From an uncultured Bacteroidaceae bacterium (GTDB lineage: Bacteria > CAIWAD01), in assembly GCA_964345075.1 (NCBI GenBank), contig CAYFPS010000011.1, positions 13,156 to 77,155 on the forward strand: a DNA stretch of 64,000 bases, given 5' to 3'. Below are positions 31,054-39,469 of the stretch, one piece after another. The notes under the pieces were generated by a model that was not told the DNA's origin, did no database searches, and worked only from the letters and a program-made list of their open reading frames with translations. The position numbers and the translations under genes are program-made. Every line of letters begins with the position of its first letter. Position 1 is the first letter of the stretch.

Positions 31054-32360
31054 AGCATGTGCAGCCAGTGATGGCTGGTGGCGGCCTGCTGGCTGCGGCT
31101 GCCCTTTCGCTACTGGGATCCGCCCCCGGCAAGGCCGAGGCTGTTTCCGGCCGCTCTGGCAGCTGGACGATGGAGCAGGCCACGCTTGTATACAAGGAAG
31201 TCGATCAGGTTCAGGTCATCGAGCCTGTCTTGCGACTTAAGCGTCAACTGGCCGGCGATCGAGAGATTGCCCTGCGCTTCGGTTTTGATGCGATGAGTGG
31301 CGCCTCGCCCAATGGCGGAACCTCCTCAAACACGCATCAGATATTCACTTCCCCCTCGGGCAACAGCTATTCCGCCCAGCCCGGCGAGCTTCCACGGCGC
31401 ACCTTTCACGACGAGCGCTTCAGCGGTGGACTTGAATACACAACGCCCATGAAGCCACAGTTGAAGCTGACCAGTGGTGCCAATTTCAGTGTAGAGACGG
31501 ACTACCTGAGCCTGGGGCTTTCCAGCTCCATCGCCTGGGAGTTCAATCAAAGACACACCACGCTGAATGCAGGCATCAGCCTGAATCAGGACACTGTCTC
31601 GCCGGAAGGCGGCCTGCCCGTGGGGCTTGAACATGTATCACAGCGCGAGGAAAACAGCGACAGCGATTCCAAAACGCTGGTGGACGGCCTGATTGGTGTG
31701 ACACAGGTGATGAATGAACGCTGGCTGCTGCAGGTGAATCTCGGCATGGGGCACGATTCCGGCTACATGACCGAGCCCTACAAGGGAGTCAGCGTGCTGG
31801 ATGCTGATGGAGTTCCCGACACCGAAGCAGGCGGTGACCCGCTGATGCTCAACGAACGCCGTCCGGACTCGCGTAGCCGCAGCACTCTTCTGGTGCGGAA
31901 CATGCTGCATCTGGGGCGTGATGTGGTGCACCTTGCCTGGCGCATGTATCACGATGACTGGGGCGTTGACAGTCACTCGCTGGATCTGAAGTACTGGCTC
32001 AAGCCCGACAGCTTTCTCGGTCGTCACGACTGGAGCTTTCGCCCGCACCTGCGCTGGGCCACGCAAAGTGCCGCGGATTTCTACAAGCCCTGGCTTTCCA
32101 GCGATGAGCTTGCCGCCTATAGCCCCGGCAGTTCGCTTGATCTAAGCTCCGACCATCGTCTTGGCGAAATGCAGAGCCTGACCGCCGGCCTGCGCGTGGA
32201 CTTTCCCGAGACCGCATTTGGCCGCTTCTGGTTGAAACCCGAGTACATGGTGCAGAGCTGGACGCTGGGAGAAGCCATTCCTGCGGGCCTGGGCAGCAAT
32301 GATCCCATTCCGGATCTCAAGGTGATGATGGTGACCTTTGGCTTTTCAAGGAGCTTCTGA
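31044..32360 (+). CDS. DUF3570-like exported protein
   Basis: 438 aa, signal peptide. The DUF3570 assignment rests on gene context and size; beta-rich composition. Contains DAMSGAS at about aa 82-88. Confidence 0.55.
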   Translation: MQLKHVQPVMAGGGLLAAAALSLLGSAPGKAEAVSGRSGSWTMEQATLVYKEVDQVQVIEPVLRLKRQLAGDREIALRFGFDAMSGASPNGGTSSNTHQIFTSPSGNSYSAQPGELPRRTFHDERFSGGLEYTTPMKPQLKLTSGANFSVETDYLSLGLSSSIAWEFNQRHTTLNAGISLNQDTVSPEGGLPVGLEHVSQREENSDSDSKTLVDGLIGVTQVMNERWLLQVNLGMGHDSGYMTEPYKGVSVLDADGVPDTEAGGDPLMLNERRPDSRSRSTLLVRNMLHLGRDVVHLAWRMYHDDWGVDSHSLDLKYWLKPDSFLGRHDWSFRPHLRWATQSAADFYKPWLSSDELAAYSPGSSLDLSSDHRLGEMQSLTAGLRVDFPETAFGRFWLKPEYMVQSWTLGEAIPAGLGSNDPIPDLKVMMVTFGFSRSF

Positions 32361-33273
32361 ACCACCGCGTGAAGTGACTATCGAAGCGGGTCAGTCCGAA
32401 TGGCTGGCCCGCTTTTCCTGCTTTGCCGGCCCCTGTGAAATTCATCTTCCGGGCCTTTCGCGCAGCAGGGCCACGCGTGTATCACAGCAGATCGCCAAGG
32501 AAGCCTGGAGAATCGAATCGACCTACAGCCGCTACTTAAGCGCGAGCTGGCTGGGGCGGCTCAATGCCTTAAGCGGCCAGCGCATGGAGCTTCCGGAAGA
32601 AGCGGCCCGGCTCTTTTCCTTTGCCCAGGCCGGTTGGGAGGTCAGCGGCGGTGCTTTTGACATCAGCTCGGGTATTCTGCGGCGGGCCTGGAACTTTCAG
32701 GCAACAGAAGGGGAACTGAAGCCGCCGGCAAAGGCCGAGCTGAACGCCCTGATCGAGCGCGTGGGTTGGCAGAAGATTCGCTGGTCTTTGGAAGAAGGCT
32801 GGGTCGAAGTTCCTGAAGGCATGGAACTGGATCTAGGCGGACTGGGCAAGGAATATGCCGTGGATCGCGCCATTGCCATGCTTAACGCCAATGGCTTGTC
32901 GCATGCCTTGGTCAACTTCGGGGGCGATCTGGCTGCGACAGGGGCCATGCCCGGCGGTCGGCCCTGGTCGGTGGGGATCGATAATCCCGCCGCCACAGGG
33001 AGCGCCATGGCAGAAAGCATCGAGCTTTCCAGAGGGGCTCTTGCCACAAGTGGGGATGCCAGACGCTTCCTTTCCTATCGCGGCCGCCGCTATGGACATC
33101 TGCTTGACGCAAGAACCGGCTGGCCACCGCCCGACGCGCCGCGCTCGGTCAGTGTGTTGGCCGACACTTGTTCGGAGGCCGGCCTTCTGGCCAGCATCGC
33201 CCTCCTGATGGGTCCGGATGCCGAAGCCTTCCTTGAGGAGCAGGGCCGCAAGGCCTGGATCGTGCGCGACTGA
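32338..33273 (+). CDS. apbE: FAD:protein FMN transferase (ApbE family)
   Basis: ApbE signatures: ..GAFDISSG.., LDLGGLGKEYAVDRA, and GGDLAATG (metal/FAD site). Confidence 0.8.
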   Translation: MAFQGASEPPREVTIEAGQSEWLARFSCFAGPCEIHLPGLSRSRATRVSQQIAKEAWRIESTYSRYLSASWLGRLNALSGQRMELPEEAARLFSFAQAGWEVSGGAFDISSGILRRAWNFQATEGELKPPAKAELNALIERVGWQKIRWSLEEGWVEVPEGMELDLGGLGKEYAVDRAIAMLNANGLSHALVNFGGDLAATGAMPGGRPWSVGIDNPAATGSAMAESIELSRGALATSGDARRFLSYRGRRYGHLLDARTGWPPPDAPRSVSVLADTCSEAGLLASIALLMGPDAEAFLEEQGRKAWIVRD

Positions 33274-33377
33274 TTGTGCCCGCCTGCATTGGCCCCAATG
33301 CAGACCCGCGCCTGAAGCGTGCTGCTGGTGTGCTGATCAAGGCGTTGTGTTAGCTTTACGCATCAAAGGGAGGCAGC

Positions 33378-33593
33378 ATGATCCGCATCACCTATTGCCA
33401 GGTTTGAAACTACGAACCTCGCGCCGCCGGTCTGGCGGACTTTTTAAGAAAGCAGGGATATGAAGCCATCGAGCTGGTGGCCGGCAGTGGTGGCATCTTT
33501 GATGTTGAGCTGAACGGCAAAATGATTTACAGCAAGTTCGATGAAGGGCGCTTTCCCATGCACGAGGAAATTCTCAGCCTGCTTCAGGCCTGA
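33378..33593 (+). CDS. selW: SelW/Rdx-family selenoprotein with in-frame UGA (Sec) at 33405-33407
   Basis: Translation MIRITYCQV[U]NYEPRAAGLADFLRKQGYEAIELVAGSGGIFDVELNGKMIYSKFDEGRFPMHEEILSLLQA. CxxU redox motif. The GGIFDV..NG..IYSK...GRFP core aligns with SelW. RBS AAAGGGAGG precedes the ATG. A hairpin CCGCC-GGUCU-GGCGG lies 16 nt after the UGA. The gene is absent from the ORF track because of the TGA. Confidence 0.75.
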
Positions 33594-34657
33594 ATACCCC
33601 ATTCGACCAGCAGCTTTTCAAGCTCGGCGATGACCCGTTCTGGCGAAATCTCGGCCAGACTTCGCACCGGCTCGCAGGAGCCCTTCGCTGGCTGCTGGCG
33701 AGTGTCCGAGGCTGTGGCCAGCCAGCGCTGATTGGGCTGTGTCGGGTCGGTCCATGATTCCGGATGCACGTGCCCAAAGAGGGCGAGGCTGGGCGTGCCG
33801 GAAAGCGAGGCCAGATGTTTGGGGCCGCCATCATTGCCCACAAACAACGCGCACCTTGCCAGGATTTCCTTTAGCTGGGCGAAGGTAGGCATTTCATAAT
33901 CCACCAGCGCCTTCTGGCCGATTCGTCCGGCCAGCTCCCGCGCGGCGTCTTCTTCACCCGGTCCGTAGACCAGCATGGGCTTCAGTCCCCGCTCAGCCAG
34001 CCAGCGCCCAACTTCTGCCAGATGTTCCGGCGGCCAGACCTTGTAGGCCCGCCGGCTGACGCCAAAAAGCGCCGCCACACGATATCGCTGCTGGCCATCT
34101 GGCTGCCCGGCCTTCAGCAGGCCCGCACTGGCAAAGTGCTTCTGGCAGAAGGCCTCGGCCCATTGCCTGTCCTGTTCTGACGTGGAAAAGTCCAGTGCAA
34201 GCGCGCCATGATCCAGGGGCGAATCCAGAGCGCTGGCCGCCATTTTCAACTTGTCCAGCGCACTGTAATCGCTGTTGAAGCGTTCATAGAGCCGATTGTA
34301 GCCAAGGCCTCGCCACCATCTTCCGCCAAAGCCCGAGCGAAGAGCCGCGCCGGATAGCCGCGTGAGCAGGGCAGTCTTGGGCAGGGCCTGCGCATCGATC
34401 ACCCAGTCCGGCTGCCAGTTTCGGATCTGTTTCAGGCAGTCGACAAGCTGCCCGGCGCCAGAATGTTTGGGCAGAATGATTGGCGCTTCCAGATAGGGAT
34501 TATGCTCGAGCAGCTGCCTGCCGATGCCTTCGCAAAGGACACGAATGGATGCCGCGGGAAAGCGCTGCTGCAGCTGACGGGCAAGGGGCGTGATCATCAG
34601 AATGTCGCCCAGCTGGCGAAGTTGAATAATCAGGATGCGTCTTGGGGAAGCAGGCAT
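33584..34657 (-). CDS. Glycosyltransferase family 9 (ADP-heptose:LPS heptosyltransferase-like)
   Basis: RILIIQLRQLGDILMITPLARQL N-terminal motif typical of RfaF/RfaC/RfaQ. The track ORF up to 34750 starts at TTG; an internal ATG near 34657 is a more plausible start. Confidence 0.75.
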   Translation of the reverse strand: MPASPRRILIIQLRQLGDILMITPLARQLQQRFPAASIRVLCEGIGRQLLEHNPYLEAPIILPKHSGAGQLVDCLKQIRNWQPDWVIDAQALPKTALLTRLSGAALRSGFGGRWWRGLGYNRLYERFNSDYSALDKLKMAASALDSPLDHGALALDFSTSEQDRQWAEAFCQKHFASAGLLKAGQPDGQQRYRVAALFGVSRRAYKVWPPEHLAEVGRWLAERGLKPMLVYGPGEEDAARELAGRIGQKALVDYEMPTFAQLKEILARCALFVGNDGGPKHLASLSGTPSLALFGHVHPESWTDPTQPNQRWLATASDTRQQPAKGSCEPVRSLAEISPERVIAELEKLLVEWGIQA

Positions 34658-34813
34658 TTGGGGGCTCAGGAGAGTTCTGAATTGTGAACAGCGCAGCCCA
34701 CCCACTGACCCCCCACCCGCCCGCCCGGCGTACCGGGGGCGAGCATCCAAACGGAAAACGGAAGGTCCGGGTTCCCGCTTTTCACAGACTTTCCAAGGAA
34801 AATCACTTGAGCG

Positions 34814-35218
34814 TCAAGCAGGCTTGTCACCACCGGCCGCCTTGTAGTCCACGTACTCTTTTTCTTCCACCAGCGTGCTGCCAAAGTGCGTGTTCAGTTC
34901 TCGCTTGGCATCGGCGCGCTCATCATTGGTGTAATACACGGCGCGGGCCAGTTCGATAAAACGCGGACCAAAGTCCTGTTTTGTCTCCAGCACACGCAGC
35001 TCATCCTCAATATCCCAGAGGCGGCCATTGATCTCGTCCAGCCGGCCTTCCAGCTCCGGATGGCGCAGACCTTTAGCCTCGGCGACCTTGTCCAGCTCGC
35101 TCAGCTCCAGCCGCACATTGGCCTTGCGCGCCTCATCCCTGAAGTTCTTCAGCTTGATGCGCAGGATGGACATCTTGTCGAGCATTTCGCCCACAGACAC
35201 GGGCACTTGAATGATCAC
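34814..35218 (-). CDS. Hypothetical cytoplasmic protein (coiled-coil)
   Basis: 134 aa, charged and helical. Overlaps the start of the downstream ABC exporter gene by 4 nt. Confidence 0.4.
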   Translation of the reverse strand: MIIQVPVSVGEMLDKMSILRIKLKNFRDEARKANVRLELSELDKVAEAKGLRHPELEGRLDEINGRLWDIEDELRVLETKQDFGPRFIELARAVYYTNDERADAKRELNTHFGSTLVEEKEYVDYKAAGGDKPA

Positions 35219-37093
35219 GCCTGCTCCTTCGTCTTGAACTGCAGCTCGTAGAGCTTGCGGTACTCGTCACTTGTTTTCAGCAGCTCTTCGTGCGGGCCGA
35301 TGCCCACAATCCGGCCTTCCTTCATGCAAACGATCCGGTCTGCGCGTATCACGGTGCTCAGGCGATGGGCAATCACCAGCGCCGTGCGTGAACCAACACT
35401 GCGGTCCAGGGCTTCCTGCACCAGCTGCTCGCTTTCCGTGTCCAGTGCCGATGTCGCTTCATCCAGCACCAGAATTCGCGGTTGCCGTGATACAGCGCGG
35501 GCAATGGCCAGACGCTGCCGCTGGCCGCCGCTCAGGTTGCTGCCGCCTTCCAGAACCATGGCTTCAAGGCCACCCATGGTTTCAACAAAGTCGTGCGCAT
35601 TAGCCATTTCAAGACTGGCCCTGACCCGCTCCAGCTGAGGCTGCTCATCCGGGTAAGCCACATTTTCGGCCACGCTCAAATTGAAGAGCCAGGTTTCCTG
35701 CCCAACCACACCGAAGAGACGCCGGTAGCTGCCCAGATCCAGCTGGCGAATGTCCTGGCCATCCAGCTCGAGATGCCCGCTGGATGGGTCCACCAGCCGT
35801 AATACAAGATTGGCCAGCGACGTCTTGCCAGATCCGCTTGCCCCTACCAGCGCAATGAATTCACCCTTACGTACACAAAGATCCACGCTGTCCAGCGCCT
35901 TGTGATCGCCGTATACGAGGCTCGCTGCCTTCAGGCAGATTGTATCACGGAAGTCATCAATCAGAGCAGCGTTCTCGATTTCCACCAGTGAGCTGCGGGT
36001 TTCCAGCAGCTCGATCAGACGATCACCCGCGCCCGTCCCCTTTTGCAGGTCGTTCCAGGTGCGTGCGACAATCTTCAGGGGATGCAGCATGGAAAGCAGA
36101 GCCGCCAGAAAGGTCAGAAAAGCCGGTCCGGAAAGGGCGGCATCGGTAGCGAGCACACGGCTTCCACCGTACCACAACATGAAGACTGCCACCAGTGTGC
36201 TGGCCCACTCGCCAAAGGGGCCGGAGAGCGCGCTGACAAACTCTAGCTTGCGCACACGCCGGAAGTAGCCTTCTGTCGCCTCTTCAAAACGATGCACCTC
36301 GCGTTCGCGGGCAAAGAAGGCCTGCACCACGCGAAAACCCTGCAGGTTCTCGGCCAGTCGGTCGCTCACGCGGGAGATGTGCTCCTGCGCGCGCCGGCTG
36401 TACTTTCTGAGCTTCTGCCCGATGAACTGAAAACTGGCCACAGCAGGTGCCAGCACCAGGACGCTGAGCAGCGTGAGCCGCCAGTCGATCCAGAGCGCCA
36501 GCGCGAAGTAGACCATGCTCTGCAGCAGATTCATCGCCAGATCGGCGATTTTGGTAATGGTCAGGCTGCGCACAACCATCACATCGTTGATCACGCGCGA
36601 AATCAGCTCGCCCTGCTTGAAGCGCTGGATCACATCCAGGCTGAGCGTCTGGATATGGCTGAAGAGATGATTGCGCAATTTGCGGATCAGCGTTTGTTCC
36701 ACATGCACAAAGGCGATGCGGTAGAGATAAAGGCTGATGATTTTCAGTGTAGCACCGCCCACAGCCAGCCCGCAGAGCAGGAGCATGATGGAGAAGGGCT
36801 GATGTCGGCCCAGAAAGGCATCAAAGGCGGCGGCCAGACCTTCGCGGGCGCTGTCACTCTTCAGCGCGCTCAGCAGCTCAGCCAACAGCTGCATGATGCT
36901 TGGCCCCATGGCGTGCTCGATTCCTTCCGGAGTGGCTGAGCCGCGCAGGAAGACCCCTTCAAAAAAGGGATAGATCAGGCTGATGTTCGCCCCGGCCAGC
37001 AGGCTGGCGAAGACCATCATGATCAGACCGAGCAGGGCGGTCAGACGGACGCCCTTCATATAGGGCAGGAACATGCGGATCATGCGTAGCATT
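35215..37093 (-). CDS. ABC exporter, fused permease/ATPase (MsbA/lipid A exporter-like)
   Basis: Six-TM domain plus NBD (GASGSGKTSL, LSGGQRQRLAIARA, ILVLDEATSALD). Likely start is MLRMIRMFLPYMKG at 37093. The track ORF up to 37560 is an unsupported N-terminal extension. Confidence 0.8.
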
Positions 37094-37155
37094 CGTGCAA
37101 TATAGCGGATTTGGCTCCAGACAGCATTTTCTGACCTTTGAAGAAAGGAGGTCAC

Positions 37156-37773
37156 ATGATTGAATGGAATATCGCCACAGGCAATCCGGACAAGCTGCGA
37201 GAATTCAGGCAGATGCTGGAGGAACGCTATTCTGCCGGCATCAGGCTCTACTCGCTTGAGGATTATCCTGAACTGCCGGAGCCGGTTGAAGACGGTGATA
37301 CACTGGAAGCCAACGCACTGATCAAGGCCCGCGCCCTGTTTGCGCATAGCGGCAAGCCTTCCATTGCCGATGACACAGGCCTGATGGTGGACGCCCTGAA
37401 AGGCGAGCCGGGCGTCTACTCGGCGCGCTGGGCCGGTCCTGACTGCAGCTATCGCGACAATGTGGAGAAGATGATTCGCCTGATTCGTCCGGTGCCGGCC
37501 GATCAGCGGCAGGCCTGCTTCGAGACGGTGATCGCCTTTGTCGGGCCCGATGGTGAACACACCGTCAAGGGCCGCTGCGAGGGGATCATTCTGGATGAAG
37601 CACGAGGTGCAGGCGGCTTTGGCTACGATCCCGTCTTCTATCTGCCTGAGTTGGAGCGAAGTTTCGCTGAGCTAAGTTCTGCAGAGAAGAGCCGTGTCAG
37701 CCACCGGGGCCGCGCCATGCACGCTTTCATGGACTGGTTGGCTGAAAGTGGCGGGGCTGTCAATCAAGCCTGA
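37156..37773 (+). CDS. rdgB: Non-canonical purine NTP pyrophosphatase (RdgB/Ham1 family)
   Basis: MIEWNIATGNPDKLREF..., the SIADDTGLMVDALKGEPGVYSARWAG motif, and C-terminal SHRGRA. GGAGG RBS. Confidence 0.85.
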   Translation: MIEWNIATGNPDKLREFRQMLEERYSAGIRLYSLEDYPELPEPVEDGDTLEANALIKARALFAHSGKPSIADDTGLMVDALKGEPGVYSARWAGPDCSYRDNVEKMIRLIRPVPADQRQACFETVIAFVGPDGEHTVKGRCEGIILDEARGAGGFGYDPVFYLPELERSFAELSSAEKSRVSHRGRAMHAFMDWLAESGGAVNQA

Positions 37774-37857
37774 CGCAGCCTCCATTTTTTTCTTCACTTT
37801 CCGTGTTACACGGGAACGAAGCTGCCTGTTTTTGTGTTCGGCAGACAGGAGGTCTGC

Positions 37858-39405
37858 ATGTACACACACGTCTGGACAGCCGCATTAAGCGGTGTCGATG
37901 CTCTGCCCGTCAAGGTTGAATGCCACGCGGCCAAGGGCCTGCCCAAGATCCTCATCACCGGACTGCCTGACAGCGCCATTCGCGAAGCCGTGCCGCGTGT
38001 GCTTTCTGCAGCGCGCCTAAGCGGCTTCAAACTCAAGCTCGAACAGCGGGTTGTGGTCAATCTTGTACCGGGTGACCTGCGCAAGAGCGGCTCGAGCTTC
38101 GACCTGCCGATTGCCCTTGGTATGCTGGGAGCCATGGAGCTCATTCCGCAGGAGCTATTGCGTGATACACTCGTGCTGGGCGAGCTCGCGCTGGATGGAC
38201 GAGTCGAAGCGGTCAGGGGCGTGCTCTCCCTTGTGCAGGCAGCGCGCGAAGAGGGCTTCAGCCGAATCATGGTACCGGCCGAAAACAGGGAAGAAGCACT
38301 GGCCGGTACGCGCCTGCCGGTTGCCTCGCCCGCGAGCCTGGGTGAAGCCATTCTTGCCCTGGGTCGTCCGGGGGCCTGGGAGCTGGAGCGCCCCGATGTG
38401 GAACTGCGAGCTCCATCGGCTGTCAACATGGACCTGAAAGTCGTCAGGGGACAGACGCTGGCCAGACGCGCACTGGAGATTGCCGCAGCCGGTGGACACA
38501 ACCTGCTGATGGTGGGAAGTCCTGGATCCGGGAAAACCCTGCTGGCCCGCTGCATGCCCGGTATCCTGCCACCCATGAATCACAGCGAACAGTTGGAGGC
38601 CAGTCGCATTCACTCAGTTGCCGGCCTGCTCCCGGCGCGGCGAGGTTTGCTTGGCGGGCGGCCCTTCCGTGCCCCCCATGCCACCATCAGTGACGCTGGA
38701 CTGATCGGCAGCGGTCGCCCGCCGCATGTGGGCGAGATCAGTCTGGCGCATCACGGTGTGCTCTTTCTGGACGAGCTGCCCCAGTTCCGGCGCACGGTTT
38801 TGGAGCAGTTAAGGCAGCCGCTCGAAGATGGCCATGTGCTTGTATCACGGGCCAGCCTGCGGCTTGAGCTGCCCAGCCGCTTCTGCCTGCTGGCAGCCAT
38901 GAATCCCTGCCCCTGCGGCATGTATGGCGATCCCAGACGGGAATGTGGCTGTTCGCCTCTGGAAAGACAGCGCTATCTGGCGCGGCTCTCGGGGCCTGTG
39001 CTGGACCGGATTGATCTGCAGGTGCAGGTGGCTTCGCTGGATCAGGCCGAACTTCTGGGCGCGCATGCGGCGGAGGATTCGGCTGCTGTGGCAGCGCGAG
39101 TGCTGGTAGCTCACAAAAGGCAACTTGAACGCAATCAAGCTCTGACCGGTGGCCGGGCCCTGCCCAATGCGGCTCTGGCCGGTCCGCTTGCCCGGCAGGC
39201 CTGCCCGCTGGATGCGGCTTCACGCAGGCTGCTGGAAAAGGCCATCACGCAGAACCAGCTCAGTGGGCGCAGTCTGGACCGTGTCTTCAAGGTGGCGCGC
39301 ACGGTGGCAGATCTGGCCGGTCGCGAAGAAGTTGTCTCACAGGATCTGGCGGAAGCCCTGCTGCTGCGTACGGGCCGGCTGGTGCCGGAGGATGCCCTGG
39401 CATGA
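37858..39405 (+). CDS. comM: YifB/ComM family Mg-chelatase-like AAA+ ATPase
   Basis: N-terminal Lon-like domain MYTHVWTAALSGVDALPVKVECH. Walker A MVGSPGSGKTLLA. GVLFLDELPQF. C-terminal Mg-chelatase subunit ChlI-like domain. Confidence 0.85.
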   Translation: MYTHVWTAALSGVDALPVKVECHAAKGLPKILITGLPDSAIREAVPRVLSAARLSGFKLKLEQRVVVNLVPGDLRKSGSSFDLPIALGMLGAMELIPQELLRDTLVLGELALDGRVEAVRGVLSLVQAAREEGFSRIMVPAENREEALAGTRLPVASPASLGEAILALGRPGAWELERPDVELRAPSAVNMDLKVVRGQTLARRALEIAAAGGHNLLMVGSPGSGKTLLARCMPGILPPMNHSEQLEASRIHSVAGLLPARRGLLGGRPFRAPHATISDAGLIGSGRPPHVGEISLAHHGVLFLDELPQFRRTVLEQLRQPLEDGHVLVSRASLRLELPSRFCLLAAMNPCPCGMYGDPRRECGCSPLERQRYLARLSGPVLDRIDLQVQVASLDQAELLGAHAAEDSAAVAARVLVAHKRQLERNQALTGGRALPNAALAGPLARQACPLDAASRRLLEKAITQNQLSGRSLDRVFKVARTVADLAGREEVVSQDLAEALLLRTGRLVPEDALA

Positions 39406-39469
39406 CCTGCCAGCCTGGTGAAAAGAAAAAGGGCGATGCTTCGCCCTTTTTGATTGATGTCAAAACGCT

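Noticed and set aside
37094-37560. N-terminal 155-aa extension of the MsbA-like ORF
   Set aside because: The extension is non-hydrophobic and poorly composed. The canonical exporter N-terminus (MLRMIRMFLPYMKG...) begins at 37093. The extension would also overlap the rdgB promoter and gene on the other strand.
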